DNA from: Botryllus schlosseri
Lineage: Eukaryota
Direction: 5' to 3'
NCBI GenBank assembly: GCA_051294905.1
Contig: CM119382.1
Location: forward strand, 16,678,001 to 16,742,000
DNA length: 64,000 nt
How positions within the stretch are numbered: the stretch's first letter is position 1; each line of letters starts with the position of its first letter. Under the pieces are notes generated by a model that was given only the letters and a program-made list of their open reading frames with translations, did no database searches and had not been told where the DNA came from. This document shows positions 25,801-37,800 of this stretch, piece after piece. Made by a program: the position numbers and the translations under genes.

Positions 25801-28800
25801 AGTTGATAGAAATTGAAGTAAAAGTAACATCAAATTATTTACTCAAGTAGGCTTACAAGTAAAAGTATCTATAGGTATCCAAGGAATGTCAAAACTACGA
25901 ATGTAATCAGACAATGAACGTCTGAAAGCACTCAAGCACTCAAAGTAAGTAGCTTCAAAAATTAGTTTGGCTGAGGAATCATGCACTTTTATTAGTTGAT
26001 TGGAAGGGACTACTTCCAAAATCGCAGGGCGCATCTTTGACAAAAGGCACCATAGATAGGTGCAATTTCGAAAATAGATTCAGGTGTCGCGGTACAGGAT
26101 CTATTTTGTCCATTTGTCACGACAGTTTTGCTCTTGAAAGGGACAGAGATATATAACCAGTCCACTTTCCTAATGTGTGAAAAGGAAATGAGCTTTGTCT
26201 AAAAAAAACTGTCGAGTAGAAGTGGAAGGAATCTGTAAGTATAGCTTCTTGAGTGCGTAGCCTAAATAGCGTACTACATAAAAGTAGATGTCGGGCCAAC
26301 TTCATTACTGATCAGTGATCGCCTCTGATGGGGATCTGCCAGTCGATTAGTGGTGAACCTATGCTATAAATTGATGGTTGGATATTGGCGATGACCTGTA
26401 TTCTTATTCTTCTAGTCAAATTTTTGTTTGCCTCTGATGTCAAAATAGGCACTGTTGAAATCTGGAAATTGAGGTCACGCCAAAGTTTAGTGTCCTATTT
26501 GTCATTCAAAAACACCGGCAGTTCGTGGAGAAAGGAAATAGCTGAAATTTCCTTCAGTGTTGAAAAGAGAAAATATTTCAGTCAATGCTGAACACCGATA
26601 TTGCAATGTTTCGGGATTTGAAATTTTCAACCATCCATCACTATCAATCGACCTGCTAATCGTTTAAGGCTTGCTTTTCAATCTTTCATCGTTGCGTGAC
26701 TTTGAGCGATTTATTTCTTCAGAAAATGCGAGCAAAGCCGCCAACAAGAAAAGGCTGCTACTAAAATCCAAGCGCAGTACCGCGGTTATAGAACCAGAAA
26801 AAGCATCAGCCAGCCCGTGAAAAAAGATGTCACGGAAACAGATGATGAAGAGAGAAAACAACGGGAGAATGTAAAATATTACAATTTTATCGTCGAGATT
26901 TAGTCATATCAGTCCCGAAATTTCGCCAGCTCCCCAAGAAGTCAATCGAGCTTGTTGTGTTATAATCTGGGTATGCGCGAAATGGTGAATCTTCGCGTGA
27001 TAGACAATTCCTGAAATACATTTCCGAAACGCTGCCTGAGAATTTCAGCTATCATAAACGCACGAAGTGCCGTAAGGGGATATCAGACGGTCCGCTATGG
27101 CCGCGATAAAAAACTGAAAGAATTCCTTTTGTGGCCACAGTCGTTGCTGCAATTCAGTTGTTGCACAGTTCTATTGCCCCCATCCACTCAAGACACACGA
27201 TATATCATTATTTGTGGTGCAGAAGTTGAAAATTAGTCATCACAATATATTTCTTCACATTCTCGAAAGCTTTTCCATTGACCCTTGTCAGGAAGAATCG
27301 TGGATACGAAAGTAAATACAAATGTTAAATTTGAGCGTAGTAGTAATATATAAGTTATTGCGATGTCAAGATAGCAATCCAGCTTGGCATAGCAACAGTG
27401 AAATAAGATGAGACGAGTTATTTGATTGGTTAACATATGGTAGGCCTACATCGGATGGTGTTCGAAATTTTCAAATTATAAAGGAATAGCCAGTGTAAAC
27501 TTAGTTTATTGCGAATTTGATTAACCACATTTGCTGAAGAGTGAATAAATTCGGCAATATTAATATATGTTTGTTGCAATATTGCAGTTTTGGCCATTAG
27601 CCTATCTAATCACTGGAGATGCCTTCAGTGTAATCATTGAATTGATTAAATTAACCAATTTAACATGTAGTGAACGTTTTGGTTGTTGAATAAGTCTTAA
27701 AGGCAGCATGGCTGCTTTTTCAAACACAGTGCTTGGTTCAGTTTGACTGGGGCTGTTTGAGATTTTCAGTGCCGAATCCGGAATATATGTATTATTAACA
27801 GGTTGCTGTTGACGATAGTGCTCCGAAATCAACGTCTGATGATGCAAAGGAAGACGTAAGTTGCTTTTTGAAGTTATTAGAATCCAGTCAATTCATGTCA
27901 GGAACATCTGACCACCTGACGGTATTTACCTTCAAAGTGTTTATGTGTATTAACAGGTTGCAGTTGATGATAGTGCTCCGAAATCAACATCTGATGTTGC
28001 AACTGAAGATGTGAGTTACTTTTTGAAGTTATTAAATTCCAATCTATTCATATCGGGCACATCTGACCACTCGACGGTATTCACCTTCAACGTGTTTATG
28101 TGTATTAACAGGTTGCTGTTATAGAGCCTGCTCCGAAATTAACGCTGGATGATGCAACTGAAGACGTGAGTTACCTTTTGAAATTATTACCTTCCAATAT
28201 ATTTATGTCAGAAGCAAGCGACCACTCAACAGTTTATATCTTTAAGGTGTTTGTGTGTATTGACAGGTTGCCGTTAAGAAGACTGCTCCAAAATCAATGT
28301 CTGATGATTCAGCGGAAGATGTGAGTCACATTTTTATCTATTTATCACGGTCTAAACCAGTGGGTGCAACCTTTTTGACAAGCCCTGCCGATATAGAATA
28401 TCACAGTGAAACCAAGGGCCGCACATAGGAAGTTGATACTCTGATTTTGGCGGTTGATGGCGTCGTCCCAAAAGCATCCAGAAACATATGATGGATTTCA
28501 AATGGATTTTTGACTTCCCAGTGTTAATTTCAAGAGATATTCACTCTTGTATTGTGGAAGGCAATGAGTCCACACTGACTTTTGAATTGAATTTCACGTT
28601 TGAACTTTGGATACAGGTATTCGCCGTTACACGTCTACAGTATAGGTAAACTGGTATCAGGGTGGTATTGCTGTGAGATTTTGCCCGAATGCTGACAATA
28701 ATGATTAACCATGCTTAGCTTCTCGTTTGTTTTGAGCTAACCCTTTTCGGCTGTGGAGTTGTTTCCTATAATCGCAAGATTATGAATTTTTTTAATTGTA

Positions 28801-31800
28801 ACAAACTGCGTTTTGTGTTTTCGATACGGTGCTTGCTCATTGTACTGTTATTGTTGTTCTTTTGTTAGGGAGTTCAAATGGTATGAAACTGTTACGTTAT
28901 ATCACAATAATCAGCAATCGTGAAAATTATTCTACTACAGGAGCAGGATCAACTAAGTTTGCATCCTATTGAAGACCGTATTGTTGATGTTTTTGAATGG
29001 TGCTCTATATTTGTGATGTGACAGATAATACCAACTTCTGAAGGCCAATATTGAAATCTTTTAAGGGTCACATATTTGTTGTGAATAGTCTAGTAATGGT
29101 ACAGGAAATCCTTGTCTTCTCGGGGCAAGTAGGTGTGTCCAATGTCTTCTATGCCGCTATCTGATTCCAACTTGTCAATAGATATTCTTGAAACACCGTC
29201 CATTAGCTTGAAGAATCGATCTGGAAACTTGAAAATAGGATTTTTGATTCAAATACCTCTTGTGACCATTAGAAAATCATGCAGTTGGTAATGAACCATT
29301 TGTAACTAGTTGATATATCTTCTTGTAGTCAGACGGTATCGTGTCCCAAACCTATATGGTTGTAATAAAATTTTCTCTTTGTTGGGATCAATGTTGTTGC
29401 CGTGTTGCTGTGATTTTCAAGTGTTTAGAATTTTATTGAAATTTCAATTTATCATGAAACTTGATATGTCCATGATACCTTTCATGCCTGGTTCAGCCTT
29501 GTGCACCGTATCAATTTTTATTGACACCGACCATTCCATTCTTCAAGGAACAACCAAAAAAGACAGATACCTCAAAGGATGCGGCCGCTATAAAAATTCA
29601 AGCCAAATACCGTGGTTACAGATCTCGAAAACTAATGAGAGAAACTAATGTGGTAAGTTTCTGTCCGCATGAAGCCACTAATGAAGTACTTCTACTTTTT
29701 TGGATCACTCAAGTAGGTTTTGACTAGCTGCACTGCCTACTCAAACTAGTTGCACTAAATCTACTCGGGCCACGCTAAGACCGAACCTACTTTTTGACTT
29801 TATTTGCACAAAATCCGATAAAGCTGTATTAGGAAAAGCAGTATGCAAAATGTATTTATTGTTTTGTTGGTCATAGCTAGTGGGAGAAGTGGCATTATTT
29901 ATTTCTTGCTAGTTCTTCAAATCTCGGTTCCAAAGTGATGAGAGAGAGTCGAAAGCAATGGTGAAGGTTTTCACTGGTCATACAGATCCGAAGTCTATTC
30001 TTTAGTAAGCTTATTTTTGAAAATGCTGAACAGAAAGAATAAAAACACTGTACTTTGTTTTTGCAAATCAACCGTAATGGATTCAACACTGAAACACTCT
30101 GCATTCGAACTGTGTTCTGCTAGTTGAGTAGCACTGCACTATATAGACGGTTACTGAGCTATCCAACAACTAGATAGGCTATCTTAACATACGGTAATTG
30201 CTTTTGATTCAGATCCAATCTCAAGGTACCTCTGACGAAGAAACTGGTAAAGAATCACAGGCTGAGATTATCGCTGATCATGTGAGTGTTTTCGTGATAT
30301 CTTATGTCATGTCATAAGTGTTTATTCGGTCGAATTTGCATGCTAAGTTTGGTTTGTGATCGTGTACATTGTACAGTACCTTGATGCCGTGTTTATGATA
30401 TTGCCATCGTCTCAGTGGTTGAAGTGATCTGTTTTATTGAGATGTGAGAGCGAATCCTATTCCCAGCCAGGTTTTACTATGTAACCCGCAGACGCGGTAA
30501 ATAAAAAGTAGCCTACCGTCTGTTTGGAGTACTTAAGTAGGCTTTGCTACTTATTTGAGTGGATATGATTTTAGGCTAACTCCACTTTTACATCACAGTT
30601 TTCGAAGAAAAACTACTTACTTTCTTCCACTGTGGATTTTGTAAAGCAGTAGCTTTTGAATAGGTTAGCATTGCTGTTTGGTGAGTGAAATTGTCATGGC
30701 AATCGACCGAAGTAGCCCCTGTATCATGGAAATTGAATATATTTTCGAATGGTGTGCATATTTACATTGTCGTTAGTCATTTTGTGTTGGCTGCGATTAT
30801 TTGTCTTTCAATTTCGATAGTAGTTATCACTGATTGACAATTAAGAATGCGATTCCTCGGCCAAATCTAATTGTTGAAACTACATATTTGAGTGATTTTC
30901 AAACCTCTCGCTCTTTACCTTGAGTTGAATTAGTTTTAACATACATTGAGAATTGCTAATTGTAGTTGTAATTGGGTAGAAATCTAGGGTAGGCCTATTA
31001 CTGCTACTTCTACTTGTGTAGCAAGCTAACAACTGTGACCGTCTCTGTAATTGGTTCAAAGACAAATTTAGCCAATGTCGATCATTTCCAATCTTGAAAA
31101 TCTAGAGGCGTAAGCACATCGAGAAACCGCCTTGTTACCTAACTTCGTAAACGCACAAATGAATTTGATTGCTGGAGTGTTGAATGATGATCTTCTTGAA
31201 ATTTAGAAGCCGAGTGACGATATCGCTGATAAAGTAGCTGACGGTGAATTGGCGTCCGAGCAAGTCGCCGAGTCGCAAAATGCAACTTCCACCATCGACG
31301 TGAGTTAATCTGCCTAGCATCGAGAAACTTGTAGCCGTCATGAAGCCAGCTTCGATGACCGTCTCATTTTCTGTTTAGGATGACACAAAGCAAGAAGAGG
31401 TGGTCGAAGATAAGAATTTGGAAGCCAGTCAGGAATTTGAGCAAAAAGACGAGGTTAATTTCTTGTTTTTCTTAGACTTTTGTACTCGAAATACATTCCT
31501 TATTATTACAACTGGATGAACGTGTTACCGGCGTTACATTTACACACATTCGTATAATGCATTATGCATATTTACTCTACACGGAGATTTTTGAGCTGCT
31601 GCTAATCACGGATGGCCGATACCTATGTAACGCTCTTTTCATAACTTTCACAATTATTTCCTCCAATTTGGACAACACAACATGTATCTTTCCGAGTCAT
31701 GTGACTTAGATGGGATGATCATGATGCAATCCGAATGAACGTCATCCAAAAGATACCTGAGTCGCTTTTGTTGGTGCAAGATGGCGCACCTATCGCTTTT

Positions 31801-34800
31801 TTGCCAAATGGCGACACATATGACAGTATTTCTGTAATTGAGTGCCTTCCAAAATCTTTATGGTGACGGCCCAATTTACTATTTGGAAGGGTCTCCGGCT
31901 TACCTCTAAATTTGGGGAGCTGATTAGTAAAAAATAAAACCACACGACCACGTTAGCGACAAAAAAATAAAACCACAGGTTGATAACCACTGATGTAACT
32001 GAAATCTGTTGACAGAAATTGGAGGAATTACATGAAGATAAAGAAGATATGGAAGCCGCTGCTTTAAAGATCCAGGCGACTTTCAGGGGTCACCAGGCAA
32101 GAAAGCAATTGGAAGGCAAAAAGGAAGTAAGTAGCACTAATAAGCTTTTCAATGATGTATTTCGATTAGTTTAAAAGTAAATTCAGCCGGTGAGAGAGAG
32201 AAAGGCAATAGTGGGACAATTTAAAATGCAAACACAGTATTTGGTATCGGAAGGGAATAAACGGTGCGATCTTTTGAGTTCAACTAGTTTGATCACCCCC
32301 CCGTGATACATAACAATCATACTACGTTGGTGACTTTATTTGGTGTTAATGCGTTTCCGTCCATAAAACTTGTGCGAATTCAACTGTAAATTACATGACA
32401 TTACATGACAGTGGGTAATCGGACTTGAACTCGCAAAAGTAAAGGGGAACTAAACACTAAACAATATAAGTTAGTACCGGTAGTGCAAGAATAGAAAACT
32501 TACTAATACACGTGGAGAAAGGAGATTTTAGATTTGAGGGTTCCAAAATCACAAATTAAACATGTAGATGCACATGTGCTCCGTATTGTTTATTTTTCTA
32601 TATTGCATCGATCGAGCAGTTAGATTGTCCCAGGGGGGGGGGGGGAATTCAAGGTCACCTTCGCCTGTGTATATGATCCAATTTTGTAACTTTGGCTATT
32701 TGACAGCATCTGGATGTATCCCAGGACAAAGTTGACGATGTGTCCGATGCCAAGCCTGTAGAACCCTCGACTGAAGATAAGGAAAAGGTGAGTCTTGCAA
32801 TTTATTGGATCAAAGTAGAGAATAATACAGAGAGTACTTCAGATCAGTGTTTATTTATCCGTGAGGTGATTTGGTTGAAGTTTTATTCCAAAAACTCTAT
32901 GTATAACAAACCTCTCTGTTCACCCGGCACTGGTTGAGAATATACCCAGAGACCTCTTAGTGTAATGGTGTAACCATAGAGCTATGATGGCCGCGTAATA
33001 AAATACGCCATCTATAAGACAAGGCAAGATAGCGTAATGGTGAAGCGTCCGGCTTCTTGATCGGTTCGATCTCCGGCATGGTCAGACCATAGACCTGATT
33101 AGTAACACTGGTATCCATGACTTCCCTGCTTGGCGCTCATGCATTACTGGGATAGCATGGAGGCGTGGGCAAAGACTTAGGCTACAAGACTATATCTGCA
33201 CCTTCCTTGTCCAGTGGCATATGCACATCATGCACTCATGGTATGCATATGCACAGATCATGTGTATGTCCATCATGAGTCGATGTATGTGCCACAAAAA
33301 AACATCAACTGCAACTACCAAGGTCTAATTTCTTCTTTCCCTCAATCTTTTATGACCTGAAAATTTCAAATATATGTGTCACTGTACAACTAGGTATTGG
33401 CTTAGGGTCTGCGTACGAGTTATCTTGCTAACGTTTGCCCTTAATTTTTATAGTCCGAGAAGGAGCTGACCTCGCCTAGTGATAATGAACAATCGGAGGC
33501 CGCTGCTTTGAAGATTCAATCGACATACCGAGGTCACATGGTCAGGAAGCAATTGAAAGCAAACAATCAGGTGAGCGTAGGCAAAGTTTTGAAATAATTT
33601 ATCGCTGATGCAATTAACAAGGGAAGATCTATTTGTGTGGTCTTGTTCTCGGTACTAAATTCATTGCAGCATAGTTTATTTAACTCTGAGACTATTCTTG
33701 TGCTCCTTATCAAGAGCTGAAAGTACAGTAAACATAGAGGATGTCACACAGTGCATTGATTAAATTTTTGGTAACAGAACGAAAAAACTGAGAAAAAAGA
33801 AGAAAAAACTGAGCAGCCCGCCGTGGATTCGTCAGATGACAATCTCACTTCAGTAGGTCGCTTTTTCCTATTGATTAATGCATTAAAATAATAGTGCTTG
33901 ACATATCTTCTTGGCATCCGATAGAAATAAAGAGTATTAGAGTAGCAAGGCATTCAATTTTACCCACCATTGTTTTCTCGACTGCGATTGACCACTACGT
34001 ATATAATGCATCAACGAAATCTCCCTTTTGAACTACTTGATTATTTTTGAGACTTGTTTAATGGGTTGCATGGCAACAGTGTTGCCTGTCCGGATTACCA
34101 GTTATCAAAGCAAGTTCTGCATATCTTTCAGCCCGAAGACAAACCAGAGAATTAATTGGGCCTGTAACATTAATAAATTTTTATCTGATTAAATGAGACA
34201 CTGGTCTTCCATCTACTGTACACTGTAGACACTGTACATACGTTGATAGTTGTCAAATGACATGATCATTTCACAGATGTTGTGGACCATGAATGATGCT
34301 GGTAGGAAGTAATATGCAATTATGCATAAATCAACGAGACCGGGGTGCTGTTGGTCCATGTGCATTGTGAATGGGTTTGATGGGTCTCTTATCTAGTAGA
34401 ATTGATGGCATACAGAATGTCTTGCCAGAAGACAGATGCATATCCTAATCCTTGATAAATCAAACCATGCAGGCTTCTTATGTGATCATATACACAGCAC
34501 TCTTTTGAGTTTTGTGACTTTTTCATATGAACCAATTTATTCTAAAGGCACCAGTGGAATCTATGGACAAAGTGGATGATGTTTCCGTTGCCCAGACCGT
34601 GATTCAAGATGGAGAAAAGGTGATCATTGCGTTAGAATGGATTGAAATGTCCACAATATGATGATGATCTAAAAATTCCGGCATTGGAAATGATGCCCGC
34701 ATGTCTAAATTAGAGGTCGTTTGAACGTCTATATTAGAGTTTGTCTTTCACATTTTTGAGAATTATGACTTTCCAGAGTATTCATAGTCTTGGACACCTC

Positions 34801-37800
34801 TTTTTCACTACGGTATCGTTTGTCAACTAGAAATTTCAAATTCGTAAGAAATTGTATGAATATGGATTACGTAGAGTGCGCGCATCTCAGAAACCAGGGT
34901 TGTAATGACTCGAGTCATGACTCGACTCGAGTCACGTTTTTCAGATGACTCGACTTGACTCGAGTCATTTTCTCAAATTGCGGAAATGACTCGACTCGAC
35001 TCGAGTCGATTTGTGTGTTGACTCGACTTGGACTCGAGTCATTGCGCATGACTCGAACTAAGTCGTATGACTCGAGACTCAGACGGCCAAGACCGACGTT
35101 TCATTGTAATTTCGAGGAATAGTAAAGTAATCACACTATTGGGATTTCGTCTATTGGTACAGGTAGGCTACTTGAAAATGCGCCCAGAAACTTCTAAAAA
35201 TGACGAAAATTAGTATGCGAACCAATCGATATCACCAAACAGAGTGGATTTAACAAGCCTTTAACTGGAAACTGGGCAGTCAACACAATAACATTGACTC
35301 GACTCGAGTCATAATACCATGACTCGGACTCGACCCTCTGCTTGGTGACTTGGACTCGGACTTGACTCGGTGGTGAATTGAAAATGACTCGACTTGACTC
35401 GAGTCAAAACTATGAAACTGAGATTGACTTGTGACTCGGAGCATTGTGACTTGGTTACAACCCTGTCAGAAACATTCGCACAGCGACGGGATAATGTCCC
35501 TTCGTACATTGGTTGATTTTTTCGTGACAGGAAGAAAAAATTGAGGAGAAAGAAAAAGAATCCGAACAACCCAACATGGATTCGTCAGATGACAAACCCA
35601 CATCGGTACATTGCTTTTTATGTTATCGATATGCATTGGATAGTGCTGGGCATATCTTCTCGGGCATCACTGCAAAATAGCGAGTGTCAAAACACCGGGT
35701 GCCATGATAGTAAGGCATTCAAAATTTAACAAGATTTCAACTTCTATAAAAGGGTTACTTACTGGCGGACCGCGGTCCAAATGCGGGCATTTTCAATGTT
35801 TAATCTGGACCCTATCTCTCTCAGTCATTTACATAGTTTATTGACAAAACCAAAGTGCAGCTAGTCGGTGTTTTAAAATATGTATCTTATAAAGAATCGA
35901 TTTCCCATCTGTATGACCAGTAAAAACTTTCACCACTGACTTCGACTGACTCTCGCCACTTTAGAGATTGAGATTGAAAGAACTTGCAAGAAATAAAAAA
36001 TGTCAATCCTCCCACTAGCTGTGACTAACAGCATAATACATACATTTCGCTTATTGCTTTGCTAATACATCTTTATCGGATATTGTATGCAGATATACCA
36101 TATTACAATTGCATGACTGTAAATTATTTCATGAGAGTTATAGCGGACTGAAGCAAATTTTAAACTTTTTTAAGTGCACCTTAGCTAAACATAGTTGAGT
36201 AAGGTAGCCCAGTTCTATAGGAAATTTCATGGTGCATTCTTTGTCGTTTTCAAGATTATCACGTTCTGGAATATCCAGAGTCTTCGCCTGCAACTACCAA
36301 GGTTTAATTTCTTCTTTCCCGCGATCTTTTATTATCTGAAAATTTCAAATATATGTGTCACTGTACAATTAGGTATTGGCTTAGGGTCCGCGTACGACTT
36401 ATCTTGCTAACTTTTGCCCTTAATTTTCGTAGTCAGAGAAGGAGCTGACCTCACCTAGTGATAATGAACAATCGGAGGCTGCTGCTTTGAAGATTCAATC
36501 GACATACCGAGGTCACATGGTCAGGAAGCAATTGAAAGCAAACAATCAGGTGAGCGTAGGCAAAGTTTTGAAATAATTTACCGCTGATGCAATTAAAAAG
36601 GGAAGATCTATTTGTATGGTCTTGTTCTCGGTACTACGTTCATTGGAGCATAATTTGTTTAACTCTGAGACTATTCTTGTACTCCTTATCAATCGTTAAA
36701 AGTACAATAAACAGAGAGGATGTCACACAGTGCATTGATTAAATTTTTGGTAACAGGAAGAAAAAAGTGACAAAAAAGAAGAAAAACCAGAGCAGCCCGC
36801 CTTGGATTCGTCAGATAACAATCTCACTTCCGTATGTCACTTTTTCCTATTAATTAATGCATTAAAATAATAGTGCTTGACATATCTTCTTGGCATCCGA
36901 TAAAAATAAAGAGTAACAAAATAGCAAGGCATTCAACTTTACCCACCATTGTTTTCTCGATATATTTACCAGACACTTCTTCTGAACTTTTGAACAATGA
37001 AGAAGCTATTGAATTCTGAAATAGTGTCTTACGCACGACACAAGTGTTTGCGTACATTATTCCCTGTCTCCTGTGTGTCACTACGACTCGTGACTTAGCG
37101 GTAATTAATTGCAATACTGATATAATATGTTATTTAGCTGGAACCATGTTCGTTGAGATTCAGAATTGATCTTACCCAACTCTTTGAAGGAAATGTATGA
37201 AAACTGTTCATCTTATTACTTTGAATTCTACAGGAGGCGACCCAAGGCCAGGTGGAAGACGTTGAGACATTAACTGGGCACAAAGATGAGGTGAATATCT
37301 TAAAACAATGTGGAATATTAATAAATCTTTGTATGCATTATGACATCTGCTACTCAGAGGTGGTCAGTAACGAAATATTACTTTCTCAAAGAACTCAAGT
37401 CGTTATACATTTTGACTCGGCGATTGAATCAATACTAGCTAGCCCTGTATTTTACCTGACATATCGATCTCGCCTTCCGACACATGCCACCTTTTTTATC
37501 ACCTGTCCTTTGATATTATCTTCCTTTACTTTTCATTCAGTGTGCATGCCTCCTTTTTTATATCGCCTACGCCAGGTTGGTGTCTGATATCGAAGACTAC
37601 TCCAAGTCGTTTCAACACCTTCCTATCTTTCATTGTGTCGCAGTCTTGTGGTGTATTAAAATGGTGAAATAATTAGCAAGAAATTGAATTGGCTCAAAAA
37701 AGTCTGCGGCCCGTCGTTCTAATCTGCTCGTTCATACTACCAGCTTGAGTAATCAGACCTGTCGTATTCGATTTCTACCTAATGTCGTTTTGCTGAGCTT

